NCBI GenBank assembly: GCA_963695095.1
Contig: CAVOFT010000001.1
Span: 96,001 to 160,000, forward strand
Reading direction: 5' to 3'
DNA: 64,000 nucleotides
Origin: an uncultured bacterium
GTDB lineage: Bacteria > Krumholzibacteriota > Krumholzibacteriia > JACNKJ01
Below, piece after piece: positions 50,917 to 60,924 of this stretch. Below the pieces are notes generated by a model that made no database searches, was not told where the DNA came from, and worked only from the letters and a program-made list of their open reading frames with translations. A program made the position numbers and the translations under genes. The first letter of the stretch is position 1. Every line of letters starts with the position of its first letter.

Positions 50917-51852
50917 CTAGGCCTTCGCCTCCTCGGCCTCCAGCAGGCGCTCGGCCTCGATGGCCGCCATGCAGCCGCTGCCCGCGGCGGTGACGGCCTG
51001 GCGGTAGACCTTGTCCTGCACGTCGCCGCAGGCGAACACCCCGGGCCGGTTCGTGCGCGTGTGATCGGCCTTGAGGTAGCCGGCCTCGTCCATGTCGAGC
51101 TGGCCCTTGAAGATCTCGGTGTTGGGCTTGTGGCCGATGGCAATGAAGACGCCGTCGCAGGTGAGCTCGCTGATCTCGCCAGTCTTCGTGTCCTTGAGGC
51201 GGATGCCGGTGACGGCGCCGCCGTCCCCGGCGAGGATGTCCTCGACCGCCTTGTTCCAGACGAACTCGATCTTCGGATTGTTCAGGGCGCGATCCTGCAT
51301 GATCTTGCTCGCGCGCAGCTGATCGCGACGGTGCACGACGCGCACGCGCTTGCCGAAGCGGGTGAGGAAGGTGGCCTCCTCCATCGCCGTGTCGCCGCCG
51401 CCCACGACGACGATCTCCTTGTCCTTGTAGAAGAAGCCGTCGCAGGTGGCGCAGGCGCTAACCCCGCGGCCCATGAGCCGCGACTCGCTGGGGAGGCCGA
51501 GCAGCCGCGCCGAGGCGCCCGTGGCGATGATCAGCGTCTTCGCGCTCAGCTCGCGGCTGCCCACCCAGAGGCGGTAGGGGCGGCTGGACAGGTCGATGCG
51601 GTCCACGTCGCCGGCGACGAACTCGGTGCCGAAGCGCGCGGCCTGCTTGCGGAAGTTGTCCATCATCTCGGGGCCGAGGATGCCGTCGGGGAAACCGGGG
51701 TAGTTCTCCACGTCCGTGGTGATCGTCAACTGGCCGCCGGCCTGCAGGCCTTCGATGACCAGGGGGGCAAGTTCCGCCCGGGCGGCATAGATGGCGGCCG
51801 TGAGTCCGGCCGGGCCGGTACCGATGATGATCACATTCCGCGGATTGTCCAT
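50917..51852 (-). CDS. trxB: Thioredoxin reductase
   Basis: [40 protein letters not shown]. Confidence 0.97.
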   Translation of the reverse strand: MDNPRNVIIIGTGPAGLTAAIYAARAELAPLVIEGLQAGGQLTITTDVENYPGFPDGILGPEMMDNFRKQAARFGTEFVAGDVDRIDLSSRPYRLWVGSRELSAKTLIIATGASARLLGLPSESRLMGRGVSACATCDGFFYKDKEIVVVGGGDTAMEEATFLTRFGKRVRVVHRRDQLRASKIMQDRALNNPKIEFVWNKAVEDILAGDGGAVTGIRLKDTKTGEISELTCDGVFIAIGHKPNTEIFKGQLDMDEAGYLKADHTRTNRPGVFACGDVQDKVYRQAVTAAGSGCMAAIEAERLLEAEEAKA

Positions 51853-52030
51853 GCTCTCGATTCCTCCCGGTCCCAGGGGCTAGTTTTTCGGGTCTCGCAG
51901 CCCGCAAACTACCTGCTGCGCTGCCCTGGCGCAAGGGCGGCGCTCGGCCCGCGCGCCAGCCTAGTGGCTCGGAACCCGCGGCCCCACCAGATCTTGGGTA
52001 GGGGAGCTAAGCGACGCAGAGGCAAGGACC

Positions 52031-52128
52031 TGTGGACAAGCCAACTTTATCGCCATGAGGTCCTGAATCTAAGCGATTGATTTGGAATTGGCTGCGGAGA
52101 TATCCACGGATCGTGGGAGTTTTCCACA
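52031..52128. promoter_or_regulatory. Secondary cluster of DnaA-box-like sites with an IHF-consensus site
   Basis: TGTGGACAA 52031, ATATCCACG 52100, TTTTCCACA 52120; TAAgcgaTTGATT at 52070-52082. Confidence 0.5.
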
Positions 52129-52228
52129 GGGTGGCCGCCCCGTCAGAGCGCTGGACCCGAGGCTGGAAGGAAAGCGGGCCGGTCAGCCCGGCCCGCTTCC
52201 ATGTCTCCGCGCCTCGCCCGCGAGGGGG

Positions 52229-52678
52229 CTAGCGATTGACCAGTTCTTGATCGGGCTTCTTCTCGGCCATCGGCACCCCGGAGGCGGGCTTCGCCGTCGG
52301 CGCGCCCACGGGCTTCTCGCCCATCTTGCAGTTGCCCTCGAAGAAGACGCCTTCGTCGATGACCAGGCGCTTCGTGATGATATCTCCCTCGAGGTGGCTG
52401 CCCGACTGCAGCTCGATCCGGGAGCTGGCGTTGATGTTGCCGAAGACTTTCCCGGCGATCACGGCATCCCGCACCTTGAGGTTGGCGCGCACCATGCCGG
52501 TGCGGCCGACTTCCAGGGTTTCCTGGCACTCGACTTCCCCGTCGAATTCCCCTTCGACCCGCAGGGTCCCCTTGACCCTGATGGTGCCCTTGAAGTGGCT
52601 GCCGGCACCGAGGATGGAAGCATTGCCGCCGCCCGAGGCGGGGCGGCCAGGCACGTTTTCCTCGTCGCGTCCGAACAT
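52229..52678 (-). CDS. Bactofilin (polymer-forming cytoskeletal protein)
   Basis: SILGAGSHFKGTI..LRVEGEFDGEV..IAGKVFGNI..LVIDEGVFFEGNCKM; AGGAGG RBS. Confidence 0.93.
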   Translation of the reverse strand: MFGRDEENVPGRPASGGGNASILGAGSHFKGTIRVKGTLRVEGEFDGEVECQETLEVGRTGMVRANLKVRDAVIAGKVFGNINASSRIELQSGSHLEGDIITKRLVIDEGVFFEGNCKMGEKPVGAPTAKPASGVPMAEKKPDQELVNR

Positions 52679-52736
52679 GCTGTCCTCCTTGTTGCCCATT
52701 GGAGAGGCCTTTCCTGAAGCTAGTCGTTCCGTGGAT

Positions 52737-53561
52737 TCAGTCCAACAAGAAACTGCGCGGATCCTCCGGGATCCCGTTCCGGCGCACCTCGAAGTGGAGG
52801 TGGGGGCCGGTACTGCGCCCCGTGTTGCCGAGATAGGCGATGGGATCGCCCGCGCGCACCCGATCCTCTTTGCGCACCGATAGCGAGCTGTTGTGTCCGT
52901 AGAGGCTCGTCAGGCCAAACCCATGCTCGAGCAACACGAAGTTTCCGTACTCCTCGTTCCACCCCGCGACGAGCACGATGCCGTCGCCGGCCGCTCGTAT
53001 CGGATGACCGTGGGGCGCAGCAATATCGATGCCCGGATGGTATTCGTCGCCGCGCTTGCCATTGAATTCGCGAGTCACCCAGCCCCGCACGGGCCAGGTA
53101 CTCGGCGAGGCGTGGAGAAACTGCGCCCCATCGCCCATCAGGCTGCTCTCCAGCAAGGCCAGCGATTCCCCGCTGTGTGCAGCCCGCGTCACGCGCCCCT
53201 GGAGGAAGGAGTCCGGCAGCGCCTCGCGCACGCCAAGCATTTCCTGCACCTTGAGCAGGACCAGGGTCGTCTCCTCGAGCTGGGTCTCGAGGCTGTGGAC
53301 GCGAGCAACGCGCGTGGTCATGGCGTCGAGGCGGCGTTCGAGGATGCTCCGCTGCTGCCGCTCGAGGACAAGAGAGCCCGAGGAGAAGATCAGGAAGAGC
53401 AGGGCCAGGATGCCCACCACGATGAAGGCGGCCAGGAGGCGGAAGTACAGGAAAGGAATGTCCCAGTCGATGGACTCCTGGCCCGAGTCCGGGACGAGAT
53501 GGACGCGCACTCGGCGCGGGGCGCGTCGGCGAGTCTCCAGCAGCCACTTCCAGGCGGACAG
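52737..53561 (-). CDS. M23 family peptidase (start 53510 GTG or 53561 CTG)
   Basis: TM and coiled coil; HPGIDI, YGH, GNTGRSTGPHLHFE. Confidence 0.92.
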   Translation of the reverse strand: MSAWKWLLETRRRAPRRVRVHLVPDSGQESIDWDIPFLYFRLLAAFIVVGILALLFLIFSSGSLVLERQQRSILERRLDAMTTRVARVHSLETQLEETTLVLLKVQEMLGVREALPDSFLQGRVTRAAHSGESLALLESSLMGDGAQFLHASPSTWPVRGWVTREFNGKRGDEYHPGIDIAAPHGHPIRAAGDGIVLVAGWNEEYGNFVLLEHGFGLTSLYGHNSSLSVRKEDRVRAGDPIAYLGNTGRSTGPHLHFEVRRNGIPEDPRSFLLD

Positions 53562-53593
53562 TTCGGCCTCCCTGCGTCGACGATCGAGAAACC

Positions 53594-54505
53594 CTAGTGC
53601 ATCCCATCCAGGGAAACACCAAGAACTTGCATGATGCGTTCCAGCTCCCGATCGCTGGCGAAGCTCACCAGGAGCTTCCCGCGGCCGGCCTTGTAGCTGA
53701 GCTGCACCGGCAGGCCGATGCGCGCCTCCAGCCCCGCCTGGATGCTGCGCAGGAGGGGATCGCTGGCGCCGCCGCCGGGGCGGGGCTGCTCGGGCTTGCG
53801 CACCTTGGCCAGGCGCTCCACCTGCCGCACGGAGAGATTGCGGCGCTCGACGAGGCGAGCCAGTTCCAGGCAGGCCGTGCGCTCGAGCTTGATCAGGGCC
53901 CGCACATGCCCGGCGCTCAGCGTGCCCCGCGCGACCATCGCCTGCACCTCGTCGGGCAAGTTCAAGAGGCGTAGCGTATTGGAGATGGTGCTGCGGTCCT
54001 TGCCGAGGTGGGCGCCCAGCTCTTCTTGCGTCCAGGCAAACTCGTTGACCATGACGCGGTAGGCCTGCGCCTCCTCGATGGGGTTGAGGTCGTCGCGCTG
54101 GAGATTCTCCACGAGGGCCAGCTTGAGGCTCTCGCGCTCATCGACCTCCGTGAGAATGGCGGGGATGCTGGTTCGCCCCGCGATCTGGCTGGCCCGATAC
54201 CGGCGCTCGCCGGCGACGATCTCATAGCGCTCGCCGCGCCTGGTGACGAGGATGGGCTGGATGACCCCCTCCTGGGCGATCGAGTTGGCAAGCTCGGTCA
54301 GCTTGTCATCATCGAAGTGTCGTCGCGGTTGGCGGGGATTGGCGGCGACCGAGTCCAGCGGCAGCTCCATCACTAATCTCTCCAGTGGGTTCTGTGGGAA
54401 GCGCTCCCGCTGCAGGGCGACCGCCCGCCCGGACTCCGCCTGGGCCACCGGACGCTCATCAGACAGGATGGCATCAAGCCCCTTGCCCAATACCTTTTTC
54501 TGCAT
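53594..54505 (-). CDS. parB: Chromosome partitioning protein ParB
   Basis: LGKGLDAIL, QPRRHF, AGERRYRA, ENLQRDDLNPIEEA. Confidence 0.96.
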   Translation of the reverse strand: MQKKVLGKGLDAILSDERPVAQAESGRAVALQRERFPQNPLERLVMELPLDSVAANPRQPRRHFDDDKLTELANSIAQEGVIQPILVTRRGERYEIVAGERRYRASQIAGRTSIPAILTEVDERESLKLALVENLQRDDLNPIEEAQAYRVMVNEFAWTQEELGAHLGKDRSTISNTLRLLNLPDEVQAMVARGTLSAGHVRALIKLERTACLELARLVERRNLSVRQVERLAKVRKPEQPRPGGGASDPLLRSIQAGLEARIGLPVQLSYKAGRGKLLVSFASDRELERIMQVLGVSLDGMH

Positions 54506-55253
54506 GGATGACCTCCTGGGCGAGACGGATATAGCTCTGGGCGCCGACGGACTCGACATCGTAGAGGATCACGGGCTTGCCGAAGGAGGGCGACTCCGAG
54601 AGCTTCACATTGCGGGGAATGACGCTGGCGTAGACCCGATCGCCGAAGTACTCGATGGCCTCCTGGGCGACCTGCCGGGAGAGGTTGAGCCTCCGGTCGT
54701 ACATGGTGAGCAGGATCCCCTCGATGAAGAGGCTCGGGTTGAGTCCCTGCTGGATGCGGGTGATCACGCTGAGGAGCTGGCCAAGTCCTTCCAGCGCATA
54801 GTATTCGCACTGTATGGGGATCAGCACCGAGTGGGCGGCGGAGAGCACGTTCACGGTGAGCAGCCCCAGGCTCGGCGGGCAGTCGATGATCATGAAGGCG
54901 CAGTCCGCCGCCGGGGCCAGGGCCTTGCGCAGGAAGTAGGCCCGCTCGGGCTGATCGACGAGCTCGACCTCCAGGCCGCTCAGCTGGTGCGTCGCTGGCA
55001 GGAGCCGGAGCCCGGGCAGCTGGGTGTCCAGCGTGGCCTCGGCGAGCGTCGCCTGACCGATGAGCAGCTCGTAGATGGACCGCTCGACACTCTGGACAGA
55101 CACGCCAACTCCGCTAGTAGCATTGGCTTGCGGGTCCATATCCACTAGCAGCACGCTGTGTCCCGCCGCCGCGATGCTGGCGCTCAGGTTGACCGCGGTC
55201 GTGGTCTTCCCGACGCCACCCTTCTGGTTGGCGATGGCGATGATTCGTGGCAT
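54474..55253 (-). CDS. parA: Chromosome partitioning ATPase ParA/Soj
   Basis: NQKGGVGKTT, DPQANAT, IDCPPSLG, QCEYYALEG. Confidence 0.96.
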   Translation of the reverse strand: MPRIIAIANQKGGVGKTTTAVNLSASIAAAGHSVLLVDMDPQANATSGVGVSVQSVERSIYELLIGQATLAEATLDTQLPGLRLLPATHQLSGLEVELVDQPERAYFLRKALAPAADCAFMIIDCPPSLGLLTVNVLSAAHSVLIPIQCEYYALEGLGQLLSVITRIQQGLNPSLFIEGILLTMYDRRLNLSRQVAQEAIEYFGDRVYASVIPRNVKLSESPSFGKPVILYDVESVGAQSYIRLAQEVIHAEKGIGQGA

Positions 55254-55326
55254 GGGGAGTCCCTTTCACTGGACGGGGGATGGGCGCTGCCTGTTGTAGC
55301 GCGCTTTCCACTCGAAGTCAACGAGA

Positions 55327-55342
55327 CGTTTCACGTGGAACA
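55327..55342. promoter_or_regulatory. parS site
   Basis: CGTTTCACGTGGAACA, matching the parS consensus, upstream of parA. Confidence 0.85.
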
Positions 55343-55352
55343 TCTGCTGCCA

Positions 55353-56189
55353 TCAGCGCCAGGATCCCCACAGGAAGCAGAGCGGTCGCTCGCTGCCCAG
55401 AAAGAGCAGTTGGGATGGAAAGGTCCAGCCGGCCCGCGACCACCTGCGGCCGTCCTCGGTCCACTCCTTGGTCAGGCCGGGAATCCCCTTGAGCATCAGG
55501 GCCTCGCTCAGCCATTCCTCGGCCTGGAGTTCCTTGCACCAGCCGAGAGTGTCGACCACGGAGCCGAGGGCGCGGGCAATCAGGCAGCCCGGGCCGGGCC
55601 AGCCCTCCTCTTCCAGCCAGGGCGGCAGGGAGGGGTCCTCCAGGCGGCCGCCCCAGATGCCGACGCGGTCGAGTTGCAGGTCCTCGAGGGTCTGCTCCAG
55701 GAAGTCCGCCTTCTGCCCCCGGGATTCGACGAGCAGCAGGCCCGGCGGGACCGCACCGAGATCGCCCTGGACGAGATGAACCGGGAGGCCGGGCACGCCT
55801 GAGCCGCTGCCTGCATCGAGCAGAAACCGATAGGGCTCCGCCTCGGGGTCCGTTTCACGTGAAACGAGGCTCAGCGCAAGGGCAAAGGGCAGAGAATCCA
55901 GCAGGTTGACGAGTATCTGCTGCTCCGGATCCCGCCGGGAGACGAGATTCAGGCGCTCGTTGGCCTCGAGAACCCGCTGGGCGTAGAGTTCCAGACGCTC
56001 GAGGCAGGCGGCGGAGGGCAGCGGCCGGCCTTCGCCCAGGTCCAGGGGGCGGATGCGAGGCGCCTGCTTCAGCGCCGGGTTCAGGGCGGCCTCGGGAATC
56101 GGGGCACCCTTCGCCAGCCACTGCTCGTGGGCATTCAACTCGCGCTCCCAGGCCTCCCCGATGGCCTGGGCGCTGAGCCTGCTGCTCAT
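55353..56189 (-). CDS. rsmG: 16S rRNA m7G methyltransferase RsmG (GidB)
   Basis: [35 protein letters not shown]; located between mnmG and parA. Confidence 0.85.
   Translation of the reverse strand: MSSRLSAQAIGEAWERELNAHEQWLAKGAPIPEAALNPALKQAPRIRPLDLGEGRPLPSAACLERLELYAQRVLEANERLNLVSRRDPEQQILVNLLDSLPFALALSLVSRETDPEAEPYRFLLDAGSGSGVPGLPVHLVQGDLGAVPPGLLLVESRGQKADFLEQTLEDLQLDRVGIWGGRLEDPSLPPWLEEEGWPGPGCLIARALGSVVDTLGWCKELQAEEWLSEALMLKGIPGLTKEWTEDGRRWSRAGWTFPSQLLFLGSERPLCFLWGSWR
55851..55866. promoter_or_regulatory. parS site inside rsmG
   Basis: Perfect palindrome CGTTTCACGTGAAACG (encodes VSRET). Confidence 0.9.
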
Positions 56190-58047
56190 CGGCTGCCCTC
56201 CATGCGTCGCTGCGCGCGCGAGCGGCTCTCGAGGTGGACCATCAGCACCGAGAGATCGCTGCGCCTTACCCCCGGTACGCGCCCGGCCTGGCCGAGACTG
56301 GCCGGACGCGCGAGCCCCCAGCGCTCACGGGCCTCGTTGCTGAGGCCGGCGATCCCGGTATAGTCCGTATCCTCTGGTATAACAAGAGCTTCTAGCCGCC
56401 GGTGCTTCTCGACCGCCCGCCGCTCCCGATCGATATAGCCCTCGTACTTCACGCGTGTCTCGAGGCGAGCGCGCTCCCTGCCGTTCATGGGCTCGAGATC
56501 CGGGAGCGAGGCCTCGAGGTCGTCGATCCCCACTCCGGGGCGCTTGAGCAGCTGGAGGGCCGTGGACACCGAGTCGCTCGCGCCGGGCTCCGGCGCACCC
56601 GATCGAAGCTGTAACTTATCTATATACATGTAGTTACTTTCTGTTCGCCGCTCGGATTCCCGCTGCCGGGCAAAGGCCTCGTCATCGATGAGGCCCAGCG
56701 CATGGCCCTGGCCCATGAGCCGCTCCTCGGCGTTGTCGCAGCGCAGGAGGAGCCGGAACTCGGCTCGCGAGGTGAACATGCGGTAGGGCTCGTCGGCGCC
56801 CAGGGTGACCAGATCGTCCACCATGACCCCCAGATAGGCTTCCGCTCGATCCGGAACCCAGGCCGAACGGCCCTCCGCCGCGAGGCTGGCATTGATGCCG
56901 GCCAGCAGACCCTGCGCCGCGGCCTCTTCGTAGCCGCTGGTCCCGTTGATCTGCCCTGCCAGGAAGACCCCGGGCAGCGCGCGCAGCTCCAGGCTGGGCC
57001 GCAGCTGGCGCGGGTCGACGGCGTCGTACTCCACGGCATAGCCCGGCCTGAGCATCTCCGCGGCTTCGAGCCCGGGAATCTCGTGGAGCATGGCAAGCTG
57101 GATCTCGGCGGGCAGGCTGGTCGAGAGCCCGTTCACGTAGATCGAGTCCGTCTGCAGGCCCTCGGGCTCCAGGAAGAGCTGGTGCCGCTCGCGGTCGGCG
57201 AAGCGCATGACCTTGTCCTCGATGGAAGGACAGTAGCGCGGCCCGATCCCGCTGATGCGGCCATTGTAGAGGGGGCTCGCGGCGAGATTGTCCGCGATGA
57301 GGCGGTGGACCGCCGGCGTCGTGGCCGTGATGAAGCAGTCCACCTGGGGCCGGTTGATCGCTGCCGTCCGGAAGGAGAAGGGCTGCGGCGGCTCGTCGCC
57401 CGGCTGCCGAGCGCAGCGCTCGAAGTCGATGCTCCCGCGGCGGAGCCGTGGCGGCGTGCCGGTCTTCAGGCGCTGCAAGCGCAAGCCCAGGCCGCGCAGG
57501 GCTTCGCTGAGGCCTTCCGCGGCCGCTTCGCCGCGGCGCCCCCCGGCTCTTGATGCGCGCCGGTGTGCATCAGTCCGCGGAGGAAGGTCCCCGTGGTCAG
57601 CACGAGGGCGCGAGCGCCGAGCCTGGCGCCGTTCGCGAGCAGGAGTCCGGCGAAGCGGCCCCCATCGCTGAGGAGGCCCGTCACCTCGCCCTCCAGCAGG
57701 CTCAGCCCGGACTGCGCGCGCAGCTTCGCCAGCATGCCCTGGGCATAGGCCTCCTTGTCGGCCTGGGCGCGCGGGGCCCGCACCGCCGGGCCCTTGCGCG
57801 TGTTGAGCATGCGGAACTGGATGCCGTGGGCGTCGATGTGCCGGGCCATCTCGCCGCCCAGGGCATCGATTTCGCGGACGAGCTGGCCCTTGCCCAGACC
57901 GCCGATCGCCGGGTTGCAGCTCATGCGCGCGACGCTCTCGAGCGAGAGCGTGACCAGGCCCGTCGCAAAGCCGCGCCGCGCGCAGACCAGCGCGGCCTCC
58001 ACGCCGGCGTGACCGCCGCCCACGACCAGGATGTCGTAACTGCTCAC
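56186..58047 (-). CDS. mnmG: tRNA uridine-34 modification enzyme MnmG (frameshift near 57540)
   Basis: [61 protein letters not shown]. Confidence 0.96.
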
Positions 58048-58054
58048 GGCTCGC

Positions 58055-59437
58055 TCACTTCCCCACGCAGAAGCTGGCGAAGATCTCGCTCAGGACCTCT
58101 TCGCCGAGTTGACGGCCACTCAGCTCGTCCAGGGCCATCAGGGCTTCCCGCAGGTCCCGCGCGAGCAGTTCGCTCTCGAGCGCGGCCACGGTCGGCGCGT
58201 CCAGCGCCTCGAGCGCGGCGGCCGCCGCTTGCAGGCGCGCCTGCTGGCGACGGTTGAGGGCGAAGTCCAGCTCGAGCAACTCCTGCTGGCGCCCGCCCGT
58301 GGCGAGCGCCAGGAGCCGGTCCTTCAAGGCCGCCAACCCCTGCCCCGTAAGCGCCGACACCAGCAGGCAGGGCTGGCCTTCCGGCAGCAGCGCCGCATAG
58401 GGACCGGCATCGCAGCCCGGCAGGTCGGCCTTGTTGACGAGCAGCAGGTCCCTGCCCCTGCGCAGGCCGCGCAGGCGCTGCGCCTCGTCGGCCGTGGGCG
58501 GGCGGCTCCCGTCGCAGATCCAGAGGCTGAGGCGGGCGGCAGCTTCGGCGGCCGTCCCGCGCGCCACGCCCTGGCGCTCGGCCTCCGCGTGTGCATCGCG
58601 GAGACCGGCGGTGTCCACGAGGTGGAAGAGCAGGCCGGCCTGCTGGTAGGTTTCGCGCAGGAGATCGCGGGTGGTCCCCGGCTCGGCGGTGACGATCGCG
58701 CGCTCCTCGCCGAGCAGAGCGTTGAAGAGGGAGCTCTTGCCCACATTCGGCGCCCCCATCAGGGCGACCGTGATGCCCTCGCGCAGGATCAGGCCATCGG
58801 CCGCCCCCGCCAGCAGTTCAGCCATCTCGGCGCGCAAGCGATCGAGGTTCGTGGCCACGGCCTCCCGGCTGACGAACTCGATGTCCTCTTCCGCGAAGTC
58901 GATGGCCGCCTCGAGGTCGCGCAGCTGCTCGAGAAGGCGCCGCCTGAGCGGCGCGATGCGCCGGCTCAGGCTGCCGCCGAGCTGCTGCAGCGCCAAACGC
59001 CGGGCGGCTTCGCTCCGACTGTGGATGAGCTCGGCCACCGCTTCGGCCTGGATGAGGTCGAGGCGCCCGTTCAGGAAAGCGCGATAGGTGAACTCGCCCG
59101 CGTGGGCGGCCTTCAGCCCCAGGCCGTAGAGCGTCTCCAGGATGGCGCGCACCGTGGCCGGCCCGCCGTGCGTGGAGATCTCGACCAGGTCCTCGCCGGT
59201 GAAGCTGCGCGGGCCGGGCATCCAGGCGGCGAGGACTTCATCCAGCGCTCGCCCCTGCGCATCCACCAGTTCGAGATGATGCAGATAGCGCGCCTTCAAG
59301 GCGAGCGGGGCGCTTCCCGGCTTGATCATCGCCTCGAGCGCTCCGCGCGCGCGGGGACCACTGAGGCGCAGCACGGCCAGGGCGCCTTCGCCCGGCGCCG
59401 TGGCCAGGGCGGCAATGGTCTCCTCAGGCGGGTGCAT
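58055..59437 (-). CDS. mnmE: tRNA modification GTPase MnmE
   Basis: [31 protein letters not shown], terminal FCVGK. Confidence 0.97.
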   Translation of the reverse strand: MHPPEETIAALATAPGEGALAVLRLSGPRARGALEAMIKPGSAPLALKARYLHHLELVDAQGRALDEVLAAWMPGPRSFTGEDLVEISTHGGPATVRAILETLYGLGLKAAHAGEFTYRAFLNGRLDLIQAEAVAELIHSRSEAARRLALQQLGGSLSRRIAPLRRRLLEQLRDLEAAIDFAEEDIEFVSREAVATNLDRLRAEMAELLAGAADGLILREGITVALMGAPNVGKSSLFNALLGEERAIVTAEPGTTRDLLRETYQQAGLLFHLVDTAGLRDAHAEAERQGVARGTAAEAAARLSLWICDGSRPPTADEAQRLRGLRRGRDLLLVNKADLPGCDAGPYAALLPEGQPCLLVSALTGQGLAALKDRLLALATGGRQQELLELDFALNRRQQARLQAAAAALEALDAPTVAALESELLARDLREALMALDELSGRQLGEEVLSEIFASFCVGK

Positions 59438-59490
59438 GGCCTCGCGGAACCGGCTGCCGGCCCTTCGCAGCGGGCCGGCTGGACAGGGGG

Positions 59491-60921
59491 CTAACGGCGG
59501 CGACGCCGGCGAGCCGACGCACTGCTACTCTCACCATCCATCTTGAGGACGCGGCGCGCCAGCTCGCTCGGAAAGGCCTTCTCGCCCGAGTCGTCGCCGA
59601 CCGCACGCGAGGGGCTGAGGTCATCCTTGCTCCTGGCTGCCGGACCGCTGGCCTCTTCGGCCCCTCCGCCCGGACTCCAGGAATCCTCGCGGCGACGGTC
59701 ATCGCGGTCGCGGGGCTCCCGCTCGCGGCGCCGATCATCGCGCTCGCCGCGCCCGCGCTCACCGCGCCCGCGACCGGAGCTGCGCTCGCCGCCCCGCTCT
59801 GCACTGCCTTCGCTGCCGCGCTCGCTGCGGTGCTCGCTGCGCTGCTCGCTGCGCTGCTCAGCGCTGCGCTCGGGTCGATCCCCCGCCTCGCGGGCACGGT
59901 CGTCCGGAACGGGCGTGTCCCGTGGCGCCGACTCGGCGACCGGAGCCGGCGCGCCTGCTTCGCTGCGCCCGCGGGGTCCGCGATCGCGGCCTTCGCGGCC
60001 GCGTCCCTCGCCACGCGAGCGGCCGCCGCGCCGTCGCCCTGAGCGCTCCCTCGGCGCTCCGGCCTCCTGGACCGGCTCGGCGGGCGCTGCGGGGCCTTCA
60101 CTGCGGGGCTGGCGCTGCCCGCTCTGGCTGGCTCTGCCGGCCCCCCGCAAGCGCTCGCGTTCTTCTTCGCGCCGCCACTGCGCCTCGGCGGCCACCATGG
60201 CCTCATCTTCGTCCTCGCCGTCCTCGGAGGGAAGGCGCTGGGATTTGAATCCGGGATCGGGCACGCGATCATAGGCGGTCTCGTCGTCACGGGCGCCGGC
60301 GGGCGAGATCACGACGCGGCGGCGCGAACCGCGGCCCACCGTGTAGGTGCTCACGTCCTCCCGCTCGGCCAGGGCGACGTGCACGATGCGCCGGTCCTGG
60401 GCGCTCATGGGATCCAGGGTCAGGCTGCGGCCCTCGGCCAGGGCCTGGTTGGCGGCCTCCACGGCCGTCTCGGCGAGGCCCGCCTCGCGGCGCGCCCGGT
60501 AGTCGCCCACGTCGATGTTCACCACGGCGTTGCGCCCCTTGCGAGCGGCGACGATGCGCTGCGACAGATGGCGCAGGGCGTCCAGGGTCTGGCCGCGGCG
60601 GCCGATGAGCAGGCCGTCGTCCTCGGGGGCATCGATGCGGATGTCCGTCTCGTCACCGCGCGTGTCCACGGAGAGGGCGAACTTCACGTCCATCAATTCC
60701 AGCAGGGTGCGCACCACCTCGGCCGGATCCCCGGCGCCGGCGGCCACGGGCTGTAGGCGCAGGCGCACAGGCTTGCCGCCCAGGCCGAGGAAGCCGCGGC
60801 CGCCCTCCTCGAGAACCTGCACGCGTACTTCGGCGGGGCTCAGGCCCAGGCTGGCCAGGCCCTTGGCCAGGGCCTCGTCCTTGGTCTTGCCTTCGACTTC
60901 GATGCTTTTCATTGCGCTCAC
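59491..60921 (-). CDS. jag: Jag/KhpB RNA-binding protein with long low-complexity C-terminal tail
   Basis: Jag_N, KH LIGRRGQTLDAL, R3H DRRIVHVAL. Confidence 0.93.
   Translation of the reverse strand: MSAMKSIEVEGKTKDEALAKGLASLGLSPAEVRVQVLEEGGRGFLGLGGKPVRLRLQPVAAGAGDPAEVVRTLLELMDVKFALSVDTRGDETDIRIDAPEDDGLLIGRRGQTLDALRHLSQRIVAARKGRNAVVNIDVGDYRARREAGLAETAVEAANQALAEGRSLTLDPMSAQDRRIVHVALAEREDVSTYTVGRGSRRRVVISPAGARDDETAYDRVPDPGFKSQRLPSEDGEDEDEAMVAAEAQWRREEERERLRGAGRASQSGQRQPRSEGPAAPAEPVQEAGAPRERSGRRRGGRSRGEGRGREGRDRGPRGRSEAGAPAPVAESAPRDTPVPDDRAREAGDRPERSAEQRSEQRSEHRSERGSEGSAERGGERSSGRGRGERGRGERDDRRREREPRDRDDRRREDSWSPGGGAEEASGPAARSKDDLSPSRAVGDDSGEKAFPSELARRVLKMDGESSSASARRRRRR
59800..59872 (-). repeat. 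Coding 12-bp tandem repeat (SEQR/SEHR/SERG)
   Basis: Repeated ctcgctgcgctg-like units in the jag tail. Confidence 0.7.
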
Positions 60922-60924
60922 TCC

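Noticed and set aside
57466..57560. Programmed frameshift or split mnmG
   Set aside because: Break lies in a G/C run like the other indels; no recognisable slippery site
59800..59872. CRISPR-like repeat
   Set aside because: Short in-frame coding repeat without spacers
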